Virus record (IMG/VR): IMGVR_UViG_3300023174_000058
Location: 1 to 64,000 of that record
Length of the DNA stretch: 64,000 nucleotides
Source of the DNA: a virus
Reading direction: 5' to 3' (one strand)
Each line of letters starts with the position of its first letter. The first letter of the stretch is position 1. The notes under the pieces were generated by a model, which saw nothing but the letters and a program-made list of their open reading frames with translations, was not told where the DNA came from and did not search any database. Positions 11,101-20,762 of this stretch are shown piece after piece. A program made the translations under genes and the position numbers.

Positions 11101-11561
11101 TGGTTGATCGTCCTAAGACCTTAAAGAAGCTAAAAGAAAACATTGAACTTTACAAGCCAGAAGGCGATTTTACAGACGAAGAAAAGATTGAACACATTAC
11201 TCAGTTAACAGGGGCTTATCCAATTAACCTTGTTATGACCGATGATATAATGGATAAGCTTGCCAAGAAAGAAATTGAACCGCTTGGCAAACAACCGGAA
11301 GAAGGTGAGGAGCGTCAATTCGGTAATCGTCTTGTTTGGTTTATCCCACGTGGTAAAGAGATTAAAACAACTAAGAACGGTAAACCGTATTGGATTATTA
11401 CTGCTACCGATAGCACAAATATGTTGACAGAAGTTAAATGTTGGGGTATAAGAGAAACAGATGTAATACACATGAATCGTCCATACTTAGCACAGATTGT
11501 AGTAGATAGCTTTGGTAATTCAATTAAAAGTTTTAAAGACGGAATTAAACTACTTGCTTAA
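8112..11561 (+). CDS. dnaE: DNA polymerase III alpha subunit (family C)
   Basis: PHP domain (HGH, TEHG, CDAH), GRGSGAGS, PDIDYD, HAGG, KFDILG, YGFNLSHA; no intein seen. Confidence 0.96.
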   Translation: MTDRKKPSIPFYNMHGHTTFSIFDGMGYPDEHADFAFGNGLQGMAFTEHGNMNSFAYAFQKSKKMKEEGKDFKIVYGIEAYIHPNIEDWKLEKQKHKEDAKLAKQVDEDVGLVVEDESETKKGSYGTLNQRSHLVINAINQEGLNNLFKLVSNSYRGDNFYRYPRMDYDLLRKHNSGLIVSTACIGGVLGNDYWRNRDNGDGAVYSAMERTVQEMMDIFGDRFYGELQWANFKEQHIINQFIIQLSKQYGFQLVSTCDAHFPSPDMWKDREIYKLLGWMGKRKDEIKIDQLPQSLAEMEYQLYPKNGDELFTAYREFSSRLGFSYDDKLVEESIARTADILKNRIENYTPDTSIKLPNFVVPEGETADTALAKFSVDALKKSGLWQDQIYIDRLKEELHTIKDRGFSKYFLTMKTISDKVSENQLVGSGRGSGAGSLVSYLLGITQVDPIKYKLQFSRFIRKNAKDYPDIDYDCADPMEVKELFIKEFGENSVVPISNYNTLQIRSLIKDISKLYEIPFQEVNDVTSKMLFEATPLAKKDHGITAGVYNPTWEELKKYSTSLDAYLRKYPHVATHVENLQGQIRSISRHAGGVLFADNLNEKMPLIKSGDVVQTPWVEGQTVRHLEPLGFIKFDILGIASLRMIDDCIKHILKRKHGIANPSFQDIKKFYDDNLHPGKIDLEDQKVYDAVFRGGNFMGVFQFANNKSAQNFCIESKPKNIVDIAAITSIYRPGPLSANVDKKYVEAMRNPQNIKYVHPLVEEVTRETFGFIIFQEQLSLLAHKLGKDISLDEGNELRKVLTKKGTGKEAAVKEKLYGKFVDGCLEKGIAKKDADDLWKTMEFFSGYGFNLSHAVCYSILSYQCAYLLHYYPAEWACAFLAKEPEDRKETAIALVKRAGFKIRKLDINLSGTEWEVDPNDDTTLVQPLSSIKGLGDTAIAEIMKARPFKTVEELLFNENISYNKFNKRALDALARSDALRPVMDDRFTGAKHFWSAVVVDRPKTLKKLKENIELYKPEGDFTDEEKIEHITQLTGAYPINLVMTDDIMDKLAKKEIEPLGKQPEEGEERQFGNRLVWFIPRGKEIKTTKNGKPYWIITATDSTNMLTEVKCWGIRETDVIHMNRPYLAQIVVDSFGNSIKSFKDGIKLLA

Positions 11562-11576
11562 CAATAGGAGGCTTCA

Positions 11577-11801
11577 ATGTTTTGGAAATTATTGCATGAA
11601 GATGTAGCGGTAACCAACGATAGCAGTGTGACTTCAAAATCTTGTGTTATATTAGAACATGATGGAGTTAAGGTGAAGTTAACAGATACGGTTGTGCCCG
11701 AGAATCATACCCTTGGTAGTAAAAAGGTTCTTATGGATGCGGCTTATAAATTAGAAGATCTTGCTCGTCAAATGAAAAAGAAAGCAGAGGCATTATACTA
11801 A
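11577..11801 (+). CDS. Hypothetical protein
   Basis: GGAGG RBS. Confidence 0.5.
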   Translation: MFWKLLHEDVAVTNDSSVTSKSCVILEHDGVKVKLTDTVVPENHTLGSKKVLMDAAYKLEDLARQMKKKAEALY

Positions 11802-12037
11802 TGGAAAAAGATATCCCACCTGTTATAGCATTACGCGCAGCAACACATAAAAAAGGTACACCATACCCAGAAATGAATTTTGATAGCGAAGCAGAAAAGT
11901 ATGGTAGAATGTATTCTTCATTTGTTTGCTATTCAAATGAAGATATAAAAAATAAGCTAGAAGAGCATTATACAAAATATCCAAAAGCAATTGATTGCAC
12001 TTATTTTTGGTACGAAATATACAAGGAGACAAAATGA
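11801..12037 (+). CDS. Hypothetical protein
   Basis: Coupled ORF. Confidence 0.5.
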   Translation: MEKDIPPVIALRAATHKKGTPYPEMNFDSEAEKYGRMYSSFVCYSNEDIKNKLEEHYTKYPKAIDCTYFWYEIYKETK

Positions 12038-12534
12038 CAACTTTAAAAATTGATCCGTTCGATTCAGCCGAAGGGCAAACATTTTCAGATTTTTTTAAAG
12101 TAAAACTACAATGGAAGCCGCTAACTTCTACTGCTAAAGGACCACAAAAAGCACACGCTGAAGACGCAGCGTGGGATCTTTACGCTGATACCCCAGAATA
12201 CGATATTCATTTAACCCCCGGTCAAACAAGAGTAATCCCAACTGGTCTTGCTATTATGCCACCAAAAGGATGGTGTTGTAGTATTAGAGGCCGCTCAGGA
12301 ATGAGCAGCAAAGGAAAGCTAGCAATTCTTGGTCTTGTTGACAGTTATTATACTGGCCCTTGGGGTGTTATAATGCATAATGCGGGGAATGAAAGCATTA
12401 AAATCTGCCATCATGACAAAATCGCCCAATTTGTTGTTGAGCGTGTATGGGAAAGTGAACTGGTTCAAGTTGAGCAATTTGAAGATAAAGGCACTCGTGG
12501 CGTTACAGGATTTGGTGCTTCTGGCGCGAAATAA
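12034..12534 (+). CDS. dut: Trimeric dUTPase
   Basis: AAWDL, RSG, GLVDSYYTG, AQF, RGVTGFGASG motifs. Confidence 0.93.
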   Translation: MTTLKIDPFDSAEGQTFSDFFKVKLQWKPLTSTAKGPQKAHAEDAAWDLYADTPEYDIHLTPGQTRVIPTGLAIMPPKGWCCSIRGRSGMSSKGKLAILGLVDSYYTGPWGVIMHNAGNESIKICHHDKIAQFVVERVWESELVQVEQFEDKGTRGVTGFGASGAK

Positions 12535-12597
12535 TTTATAAATTAAATATATATCTTGCCCTATGATACTATTTATTGGTATCATAGGGCTTATATT

Positions 12598-13875
12598 ATG
12601 TTTAGACTAAAAATCAAAGAAAACAAGACTATCAATGAGATAAAAGCAACAAAAGAATTAGTATACAGCCCCGAGTTTTTTAAAAAATATAAAAAACCCG
12701 GTTATTATATTAGATTTACCAACGAGATCGGCACCAGTGGTCAAATAATGTTGACCCCAAATTATAGTTCGTATAAATGGAAGCATACTCCAATTGGTAT
12801 ATATGGATACCCATTAGACAACGAAGAAGTTATAGACATGTTAATGGGGCAAAGACTAACTTTCCAAAATCTAGATTTAGCAATAATTTATTATGTAGAT
12901 CCGGCTATTACCGAGGATCTAAAAGATCTAGCAAAAAATCATCCAAATTTTATTGATAAGTTAAAAGAAAAATTTGGAGAAGAAAAAGTGTTAGAAGCAG
13001 TTAAAGCTGCGTATGAAAAAGATAAGAGTTTGGACTCAAACATATTTTCTGGTACTGGTTATTATATAGCTGATGGTTTAAATTTTTCTGGTGTTAAATA
13101 CTCATCGGATTTATCTAAGATCTATTGGTATATTTTAAGATTTTTAGCCACTAGCGCTCAACAAACTGCGCTATTGCACAGTTTAAATATTAAGGCCGTA
13201 AAAGACGATAGATCAATTATTGACACTGGCGCTAGTGGAAAAAGATCAGCGGCTCCGGTGCAAGGTTTAGTTCTTAGCTCTACCTATATAAAAAATTATG
13301 AAGTATTTACGAATCCTTCAAGAACCATACAAAGAAAAAGTAGATTACTAGCGCCAGAAAAAGCAGTACAAATAAATAAAAATAAATTAAAAGAACACTA
13401 TCAACAGTTTATGAAAGTTAATAAAAATATTTCTAGTAAATTGTCCAGCCTTAAAATTGAAAGCGAACTCCGAGATACAAAAAACGGTATACAATTATCG
13501 TTTACAACCCCAATGAACCATTTGGAAGTGTTCAAAAAACATTTTCCAAATTATGATATAAAAAAGTTTAGTAAGTATGACTTTATCATAGCAATAATTT
13601 CTGCTGTAAATCTAACGAAAGGTAGTTTCGTAAGGGATCAACAACAGATTGAATTCGAGACAAAACAATCGGCGGAATTAGCAGATTCACCCGAAGCACA
13701 AGATAGATATATTTTTGAGATCTCGTTAGAAAACGAAAAAGATGTTATTCCATATTCTTCTTCGGCAAAACTATATAATCAAATTTATAAAAGATTAAAT
13801 GAAAAAGTTTTCTCAAAACCAGTTTATGAAAAAGAATTAGTTACACAAATTAAATACATTTTAAAATCTAAATAA
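12598..13875 (+). CDS. Hypothetical, probable head-internal protein
   Basis: N-terminus MFRLKIKE..INE; TPIGIYGYP motif; ACTATTTAT upstream. Confidence 0.5.
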   Translation: MFRLKIKENKTINEIKATKELVYSPEFFKKYKKPGYYIRFTNEIGTSGQIMLTPNYSSYKWKHTPIGIYGYPLDNEEVIDMLMGQRLTFQNLDLAIIYYVDPAITEDLKDLAKNHPNFIDKLKEKFGEEKVLEAVKAAYEKDKSLDSNIFSGTGYYIADGLNFSGVKYSSDLSKIYWYILRFLATSAQQTALLHSLNIKAVKDDRSIIDTGASGKRSAAPVQGLVLSSTYIKNYEVFTNPSRTIQRKSRLLAPEKAVQINKNKLKEHYQQFMKVNKNISSKLSSLKIESELRDTKNGIQLSFTTPMNHLEVFKKHFPNYDIKKFSKYDFIIAIISAVNLTKGSFVRDQQQIEFETKQSAELADSPEAQDRYIFEISLENEKDVIPYSSSAKLYNQIYKRLNEKVFSKPVYEKELVTQIKYILKSK

Positions 13876-13939
13876 TTTTACGCATTTCATCCCACGGTAT
13901 GCTATAATGGCTACCGTGGGATTTTTATTTGGAGAAAAT

Positions 13940-14170
13940 ATGTCAAAACTTAACCGCCAGCAACGCAGAGCACTACAAAAAATAGCAGGTAAATCAGCAA
14001 CGTCTACGATAGACTTAATGTTAAGCATTGGAGATAAGTGCTTGCAATGCGAAGCCCCGTTTGATAGAATGTCTAAAGAAATGGCGAGGACATGGTTTAT
14101 AGAAGTTTATAAAGAAGCAAAAGAAACACGTATTTTTTGTCCACAATGCCAAGAAAAGAGGAGCAAATGA
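13940..14170 (+). CDS. Zn-ribbon protein
   Basis: LNRQQRR, CxxC...CxxC. Confidence 0.6.
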   Translation: MSKLNRQQRRALQKIAGKSATSTIDLMLSIGDKCLQCEAPFDRMSKEMARTWFIEVYKEAKETRIFCPQCQEKRSK

Positions 14171-15168
14171 AAGAAGCTTTAACCTACGATGACGTTCTAC
14201 TTGTACCGGCTTTTTCTGATATTGAAAGCCGTTCACAAGTAAGCCTTAAGAGTGAATTAAGCAAAGAGCTACCGTTCGACACTCCAATTATCGCTAGCCC
14301 AATGGATACAGTTAGCGGCTATCAGATGGCTAAGAAGTTATCCCAGCTAGGCGGTGTCGCTATTATCCATCGATATTGCTCAATTGGTGAACAGGCTGAT
14401 ATTGTGCGCTCTTTAAAGCGCGATGGTGAACGTGTAGGCGCAGCAATTGGAGCAACTGGTGATTACATGGAAAGAGCAGCAGCTTTATATGCTGCTGGAG
14501 TTGATTTTGTTTGTATCGATGTAGCGCACGGACATCACAAAAATGTTTATGAAGCCATTAAAGCTTTGCGTTTTGCATACGGCTCAGGTCCACACATCAT
14601 GGCAGGAAACGTAGCAACCGCCGAAGCTTTTGAAGCATTGCAAAGCTGGGGTGCTGATTCGATTCGCGTCGGCATTGGTGGCGGTAGCATCTGTTCTACC
14701 CGCATCCAAACGGGCCACGGTGTCCCAAATATTACTGCTATTATGGAGTGCGCGCAAGTTGCCACTACGGCTACTCTTATCGCGGATGGTGGCATCAAGA
14801 ATGCTGGGGATATTGTAAAAGCACTTGCGGCTGGCGCTGATTTTGTAATGCTTGGTTCGCTATTAGCTGGTACAGATGAAGCACCCGGTGAAGTTGTTGC
14901 TGGTATGAAGGCTTACCGTGGTATGGCAAGCCGTGAAGCTCAAGAAGAGTGGCGCGGTAAATCCTCAGCCCCAGAAGGCATTGCTACAACCGTAAGCTAT
15001 AAAGGCTCAGTAGAGCCGATCTTTAATGATCTTGTTGGCAACATTAAAAGTGGTTTATCGTATAGTGGAGCGACAACTATCGCTAGTCTGCAGGCTAGAG
15101 CGCAATTTATCAGACAAACAAGCGCCGGTCAGCACGAAAGCTCAACTCATATTCTTGGGAAGCGCTAA
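14167..15168 (+). CDS. guaB: IMP dehydrogenase (no CBS domains)
   Basis: TYDDVLLVP, SPMDTV, GIGGGSICSTR, IADGGI, YRGMAS, PEGI. Confidence 0.9.
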   Translation: MKEALTYDDVLLVPAFSDIESRSQVSLKSELSKELPFDTPIIASPMDTVSGYQMAKKLSQLGGVAIIHRYCSIGEQADIVRSLKRDGERVGAAIGATGDYMERAAALYAAGVDFVCIDVAHGHHKNVYEAIKALRFAYGSGPHIMAGNVATAEAFEALQSWGADSIRVGIGGGSICSTRIQTGHGVPNITAIMECAQVATTATLIADGGIKNAGDIVKALAAGADFVMLGSLLAGTDEAPGEVVAGMKAYRGMASREAQEEWRGKSSAPEGIATTVSYKGSVEPIFNDLVGNIKSGLSYSGATTIASLQARAQFIRQTSAGQHESSTHILGKR

Positions 15169-15488
15169 TGTCAGAGTACGGTAAAAATCGTAAAAAGATT
15201 GTTTTTTATGATGATGACCATACTCATGCCCAACTCCGTATTAAATTTATAGCTGATGGCATAAAGCAAGCTACCTTCTTTAAAGATCTAATACGTGCCT
15301 ATATTGACGACGATCCAAATATAAGGGCATGGATTAATAATAACCCTCACTGCAAAGTCAGTGTTCGTAGCATGAAAATGCGTAAACGTGAAGATAAGAA
15401 GATTGAAGAACAAAAGACTAATTTCAATTTAGACCACAATGATGTCCAAGAAATCTTTGATATCTTGGCGGAAGAGGACAAAACATGA
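15168..15488 (+). CDS. Hypothetical (ribbon-helix-helix-like N-terminus)
   Basis: KKIVFY...AQLRIKF...FFKDLIRAYI. Confidence 0.45.
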   Translation: MSEYGKNRKKIVFYDDDHTHAQLRIKFIADGIKQATFFKDLIRAYIDDDPNIRAWINNNPHCKVSVRSMKMRKREDKKIEEQKTNFNLDHNDVQEIFDILAEEDKT

Positions 15489-15736
15489 AATGCCTAAATG
15501 AATGCCGTAAAACACAAAGCCCATGTTCCAAAAACGATTGTCGTCATTGGATTGAATACGATTCAGATCTTAATTGTAGCGTTCATTCTGCTGATATTCA
15601 CGGCCCAATGACGCTAGACGAGGTGTCAAAAAGACTTGGGATGTCACTTGTAAGAGTTAAGCAAATCGAAGAAGCTGCACTAATTAAACTACGTAAGAAA
15701 AACGGCAACTTAATTAAAGACTTGTTGCATGAATAA
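15485..15736 (+). CDS. Cys-rich protein with sigma70 region-4 HTH
   Basis: MTLDEVSKRLGMSLVRVKQIEEAALIKLR. Confidence 0.8.
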   Translation: MKCLNECRKTQSPCSKNDCRHWIEYDSDLNCSVHSADIHGPMTLDEVSKRLGMSLVRVKQIEEAALIKLRKKNGNLIKDLLHE

Positions 15737-15814
15737 TTTTTTATTCTTTTGAGTTCGATAGCACTATTTATTATGTAAATCGGACATTTACATCTTATAT
15801 CCTAGGAGATACAT

Positions 15815-16504
15815 ATGAGCGATAAGAAACAACTACTTGAAGAAGGCACAATTCGCCGCTTCATGGAACTCGCTAACATCAAACCATTAAACACAATGGA
15901 AAGCGGTGTTATCGAAGAAGCTGCTAAAAAACCAGCTGCTAAAAAACCAGCTGCTGAAGAACCAGTCAAAGAAGGTTATGCTGCCGAAGAAGAATCACTA
16001 GAAGAAGCTGATTCAATGGAAGAAATGGGCACTAAGGCTCATTCAGAAAAACCAGCCACGATGGAAGAAGCCGAAGGCGAAATGGAAGGGGGTGATCATG
16101 GTGAACAAGTACGCGCAGCTCTAGAAGAAATTAAGAGCGGCGTTGACAAACTTGTCAGCATGATCGAAGGTGCCGGTGGCGTAGGTTTTGAAGTTGAAGA
16201 AGAACCAGAAGGTGGCGGCGAAGAAGCGCCCGAAATGCCAGAAATGGGCGGCGAAGAAGAAGGCGAAGAGAAAGAAGAAGCTTCCTTAGAAGAAAAGAAA
16301 GAAATGGAAGAAGAGTCTATGGAAGAAGCTCTCGCTGAAGAACTTACCCGTCGTGTAGCAGCTCGCCTTATGCGCGAAGCTAAGAAAGGCGCAGTTGCCA
16401 AAAAAGGCGGCAATTGGCTAGCTAAACCATCACACGCTAAACCACCAAAAGCTAAGGGAAGCCCCGTAAAAGGCGGAACCCCATTCAAGGGTGGCAAGAA
16501 ATAA
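15815..16504 (+). CDS. Acidic probable scaffold/head-internal protein
   Basis: LLEEGTIRRFMELANI leader, E-rich with many L/I/M-x-E sites; late motif upstream, terminator downstream. Confidence 0.55.
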   Translation: MSDKKQLLEEGTIRRFMELANIKPLNTMESGVIEEAAKKPAAKKPAAEEPVKEGYAAEEESLEEADSMEEMGTKAHSEKPATMEEAEGEMEGGDHGEQVRAALEEIKSGVDKLVSMIEGAGGVGFEVEEEPEGGGEEAPEMPEMGGEEEGEEKEEASLEEKKEMEEESMEEALAEELTRRVAARLMREAKKGAVAKKGGNWLAKPSHAKPPKAKGSPVKGGTPFKGGKK

Positions 16505-16526
16505 AAGATTAAGTTAATTAATAGAT

Positions 16527-16560
16527 TGGGCGGCAGGGAAACTTGCCGCCCTTTTCTTTT
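16527..16560 (+). terminator. Intrinsic terminator
   Basis: gggcggcag-ggaaa-cttgccgccc followed by T-tract. Confidence 0.8.
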
Positions 16561-16580
16561 GTCTTTACAAACATTTTAAA

Positions 16581-16961
16581 ATGAGCTACTATGCGTTTAT
16601 GGACACACCAATCGCTTTTGCTAGTGGAATGCTTGTTATGTTAATTATTGATAGACTGCTACAATCTTTTGGGGCTTACCATATTTACAAGCGTGCAGAA
16701 CTATATTCAATTATGCTGCTGCTTGAAAATGAAGTTTGGAGAAGGCAAGCTCTTAAGGTATTAGAAGTTGTTTATGATTATGGAGATAAACAGGAAGAGT
16801 ACCAAAAGATTGTTGAAACAATAAATAAACGCTTCAGTGAAGCTCAACAAAATACTATCGCACTAATTAAGAAAAGAGTACCATACGATATTAAATACAA
16901 TACACTAGCAGAATCAGAACAATATGTAATAGAAGATCTGAGGAAGCTGGACGGAGAATAA
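16581..16961 (+). CDS. Hypothetical membrane-anchored protein
   Basis: Hydrophobic N-terminal segment. Confidence 0.5.
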   Translation: MSYYAFMDTPIAFASGMLVMLIIDRLLQSFGAYHIYKRAELYSIMLLLENEVWRRQALKVLEVVYDYGDKQEEYQKIVETINKRFSEAQQNTIALIKKRVPYDIKYNTLAESEQYVIEDLRKLDGE

Positions 16962-16962
16962 G

Positions 16963-17154
16963 ATGGCTAAAAATGGAGAGGCGATGATTGGTATTATAAA
17001 ACAACTTATCGAAGAAGTTAAGGCAGAAAATAAAGGCAAAGTGTTAACCGAAAGTCTTATCAAAGAGGCTGATGCTGTTACTGTAGAACGCAAAGCAATT
17101 AAGAATTATATTACAAAAAACTTAATTGAAACTTTAAAAGCGTCTGAAAAATAA
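16963..17154 (+). CDS. Hypothetical protein
   Basis: RBS; IIKQLIEE motif. Confidence 0.5.
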   Translation: MAKNGEAMIGIIKQLIEEVKAENKGKVLTESLIKEADAVTVERKAIKNYITKNLIETLKASEK

Positions 17155-17432
17155 TGATCTTAAAGGATCCAAAACAAATAATTACAAGTATATTTAAAAA
17201 GTATGCCAAAGTAGAAGATAATACAATCTATGCTGAGAAGCTCTTTATTATAAATACTGTAGTTAATTCTTTGTTTAGAGAGGCCGATAATAAAAACTTC
17301 AGTAAGAAGCTGGTTGAGTATGGGGAAATCATAAACCGTTATCTAAAAAATGAGATTGACATCTATTGGCGTGGTGATACAATCATGGTCAAGGAGTTGA
17401 ACCGAATTGACAGAGAAACTAACGGAGGCTAA
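17154..17432 (+). CDS. Hypothetical protein
   Basis: Coupled ORF. Confidence 0.5.
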   Translation: MILKDPKQIITSIFKKYAKVEDNTIYAEKLFIINTVVNSLFREADNKNFSKKLVEYGEIINRYLKNEIDIYWRGDTIMVKELNRIDRETNGG

Positions 17433-17730
17433 CTTGGTTTCAAACGCATGGAAATTTTATGAAGACGAAGATGGTATTGATTATCGTTTGCAGTTTACAG
17501 AAGTGCCTTGGAAATTACGGAGAACCCTACTTGATGCCATGAAAGATTGGAACAATGTAGGAACTGGCTGGACAAAGGAAAGCGGTAATCAGATTCTTAT
17601 TTTTAAGAAAATCTTCAGAAGTGAAGAAGAGTGGAAGAATTGGGCAGACACGTTCCCTGTTCAAATTAAGGAAATGAAGTATTGGGGCGATAAAGTAAAA
17701 GTGGTTATCCACGGAAAGAAGAGCAAATAA
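17407..17730 (+). CDS. Hypothetical protein
   Basis: Coupled ORF, TTG start. Confidence 0.5.
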   Translation: MTEKLTEANLVSNAWKFYEDEDGIDYRLQFTEVPWKLRRTLLDAMKDWNNVGTGWTKESGNQILIFKKIFRSEEEWKNWADTFPVQIKEMKYWGDKVKVVIHGKKSK

Positions 17731-18386
17731 TGTCAAAGCGTAAATTTAATAACGAAGAAGAAATTCAAGAGCACGTAGAAGCCCCACCATTTGTTATGGT
17801 ACATCCAGCAAGTGATACAAAACCAGAAATCAGTTTACGTAAAATTGGTCTAGTGGGTGATGTCACAGAAGAAAAAAGCTCTGATATTATTTATGGGCTC
17901 TATGCTCTTAAAGAAATGGGGAAATATGAAGAACCCCCAACTACAAAGCGCGGTAAGGCTAAGATTGCTTACGAACCAATTGACTTTATTCTTTCAACTA
18001 ATGGCGGCAGCGCCAGCGATATGTTTGCTATTTACGATGTAATGAGAGAGATCCGTAAGGATTGTGTAATCTCAACTCATGGGCTTGGTAAAGTGATGAG
18101 TGCTGGCGTACTGTTGCTAGCTGCTGGCTCAAAGGGTCATCGTAAGATTGGTAAGCATTGCCGCGTTATGATCCACTCAGTTATTGCTGGTAACAGTGGT
18201 CCAATGTTTAATCTTGAAAATGAAATGAACGAAGTACGTGAAACCCAAAAGCGCTATATCGATGCGCTTCGAGCAGAAACAAAAATGACAGCCGCTCAGA
18301 TAAATAAGTTTCTAGAACGTCACGTTGATATCTATTTATCTGCTGAAGAAGCAGTTAAACTAGGTATTGCAGATATTGTTGTTTAG
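17730..18386 (+). CDS. clpP: ClpP-like serine protease
   Basis: STNGGS, GKVMSAG (Ser), VMIHS (His), DIYLSAEEAVKLGIAD (Asp). Confidence 0.9.
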   Translation: MSKRKFNNEEEIQEHVEAPPFVMVHPASDTKPEISLRKIGLVGDVTEEKSSDIIYGLYALKEMGKYEEPPTTKRGKAKIAYEPIDFILSTNGGSASDMFAIYDVMREIRKDCVISTHGLGKVMSAGVLLLAAGSKGHRKIGKHCRVMIHSVIAGNSGPMFNLENEMNEVRETQKRYIDALRAETKMTAAQINKFLERHVDIYLSAEEAVKLGIADIVV

Positions 18387-18397
18387 AGGATAATTTA

Positions 18398-20752
18398 ATG
18401 AATAAGAAAGATCTTGACGTTTTAGAACTTATGCGCGAAAGCCTATTAAAAGCTAATAAACAATTAGGCTTTACAAAAGAACAGATATTAAAAGAATCTG
18501 CTTTTGAAGAAGAATTTGACCCAGAAAAACACATGCCTAAATTTGAGGTAACAAAAAATTGGGGAACTTCTGGGACTCTTGAGTCTAATCAGTTAGATGC
18601 GATAATTAAAAATATTGTTGATATTAACGAGACTAATGGTTTGGTTAGATATAAACAAGCTATTGAAAGAATGAATCAGATATTTGGCGCAACAGAAAAA
18701 AAAGAACAAGAGTTACAAACAGCAGCAGAAGAACCAAACGCTAAAATAAACGAGATTGTATCGTCACTACAAATAAAAAATATCATTCACGCAATTATTA
18801 ATAATAAAGATCCGCAAACTGCTGGCAAATTATATGAATTTTTAATGGCACGTATTGCGGGTGGCTTTACCCCCGGCGAAGCAAATATAAATATTGCCGA
18901 CTTTATTGACGCAGAAGGACATTTTATCAGCTTAAAAACTTTAAAGTCTGGTTCAAACGCTATTATAAAAGGCTCAAAGTTTAATTTAGCGACTGCTATC
19001 GCTAAAAAAGGCGAAGTTACTTTCCTTGTTTGTCTAAAAGATCAAGAGCCAGATACATTTAAACTATCTTCATACAGCTTTTCTGTGAATAAGGATAATT
19101 ATTTTAATTTTATATTAGGCGCTAGCCAAAACGTAAATATGGATGCTGTTCTTGCAGAAATGAGCGATCTGGAAAAAAGACTCGCTGATGTATCCAAAGA
19201 TGTTGAAACTGGTCGCAAAGAAAGACTCGGAGCAAAAATTCTAAGAAAACTAGATCTTGATGGCTTAAGAGCAAAATTAGACCAATATGTTGCAAAAAGA
19301 GGAAACATAAAGAATCAAAAAGTATCTCCAGCTCAAAAAAAGTTCGATGAAGCTCCAGAAGGTTCACCTGAAAAGTTACAAGCAAAAGCTATTTTAGACG
19401 CAGCATCAGAAGAGTTTGAAAATAACGAAGCTAACATTACCGATATCAGTGATGAAATAAAAACTCGCGAAGCTAAAGCAAAATCTTTAAAAGGTCAAGA
19501 ACAGACCGCACAAGAAGAAAAGCCCGAGGATTCATTAAATGAATCTTTATCACAAACACAAGTTATTACTGATATTGCAAACAACGTTGAATTAGCTAAA
19601 AATATCTTTACAATGTTAGAACCAAGCGGTGAACCTAAGTCTGATAAAGATGTAAGAAAACACTTTACAGATAAGCTAAAGGTATTAGAAAATTACTTAA
19701 AAAGTAACCCAAAGGCTTTAAAATTATTTAAAAATTCTCTTGCTCTTTATACAAAAGGAAGAGAAGAATGGGACGCTGATACAATCAATAAGGCAATCGT
19801 TAGAGCTAGTGGATCTAAATTATTTTCTCTAGAAAACTTAAAGATTCTTGACGGAGTAATGGATTCCATACAATCTCTTGCTGGTCTAAAACTAGGCATA
19901 GAAGCAGAGACTGATCCAAAAATTTTATCCGATTACGAAAAACTATCTGATAAAATAGAACAAATAACTCCACAAGAAGAAAACAGAATTAATGCTCTTT
20001 TTAAAAACAATGAATCTGTTTATAATGACATAAAGCAAAAATTGCAAATAGCTTATAGACCATTTGTCGAAGCATACACGCAATTTGCGAATGTTAAAAT
20101 AGACAAAAAGAATGTTTCTAAAGCGGAACCACAAGAAAAAGCTGGTGAAATTTCTATTTTTGATCGTCTAAGTAACGCGCTAGATAAACCTTTAGCTACA
20201 AAAACAGTAGGCGATTTAAAAACACCAGTTTACGGACAAGAGGTCTTACAAAAAGTTAATGATTTCTGGTCTAAGTTAGAAAATTTTGAAGGCCTTTCTG
20301 TAGAGAAACTACAAGAAGCAAATGGGCCAGTTCAAGATAAAAAAGATTCACAATTTTTTATTAGTATACCAAAGTCAAAGCAAATAGCACAAATGACAAA
20401 AGGTGGCAAACTAGATGAAAAATATCCAACAGTTTTTATTACTGGTAAAAACTTAAAAGATTCCTCTGTTGCTACTGCTAAATTGTTTAAGGATTGGGCA
20501 GAGCCTATCTATAGAGGAATGCATTATTTAACGAATGGCGTTAATAGATATTTTATCGAAGATGATGTCGCTGGCTTAACCTTAGCTGATAAAAGCGCTT
20601 CAGAAGTAATCACAGGCGTTTCAGCTGTAAAACAAAAAGGGGCTAAGGCATCAGAACTAAAAGAAAATAAACAACCACAAAAGACTCAATCAATTAAAGA
20701 ATATATTAAAAATTCCCCGCTAGATGATATACTTGAAGACCTATTAAAATAA
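18398..20752 (+). CDS. Large hypothetical protein, possible PD-(D/E)xK-like core, probable virion protein
   Basis: GKLYEFLMA...IADF...ISLKTL; several L-x-E sites. Confidence 0.45.
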   Translation: MNKKDLDVLELMRESLLKANKQLGFTKEQILKESAFEEEFDPEKHMPKFEVTKNWGTSGTLESNQLDAIIKNIVDINETNGLVRYKQAIERMNQIFGATEKKEQELQTAAEEPNAKINEIVSSLQIKNIIHAIINNKDPQTAGKLYEFLMARIAGGFTPGEANINIADFIDAEGHFISLKTLKSGSNAIIKGSKFNLATAIAKKGEVTFLVCLKDQEPDTFKLSSYSFSVNKDNYFNFILGASQNVNMDAVLAEMSDLEKRLADVSKDVETGRKERLGAKILRKLDLDGLRAKLDQYVAKRGNIKNQKVSPAQKKFDEAPEGSPEKLQAKAILDAASEEFENNEANITDISDEIKTREAKAKSLKGQEQTAQEEKPEDSLNESLSQTQVITDIANNVELAKNIFTMLEPSGEPKSDKDVRKHFTDKLKVLENYLKSNPKALKLFKNSLALYTKGREEWDADTINKAIVRASGSKLFSLENLKILDGVMDSIQSLAGLKLGIEAETDPKILSDYEKLSDKIEQITPQEENRINALFKNNESVYNDIKQKLQIAYRPFVEAYTQFANVKIDKKNVSKAEPQEKAGEISIFDRLSNALDKPLATKTVGDLKTPVYGQEVLQKVNDFWSKLENFEGLSVEKLQEANGPVQDKKDSQFFISIPKSKQIAQMTKGGKLDEKYPTVFITGKNLKDSSVATAKLFKDWAEPIYRGMHYLTNGVNRYFIEDDVAGLTLADKSASEVITGVSAVKQKGAKASELKENKQPQKTQSIKEYIKNSPLDDILEDLLK

Positions 20753-20762
20753 TGGAGGGCTA

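Noticed and set aside
8112-11561. Intein or intron in dnaE, nrdA or helicase
   Set aside because: Lengths are normal and no splice motifs are seen.
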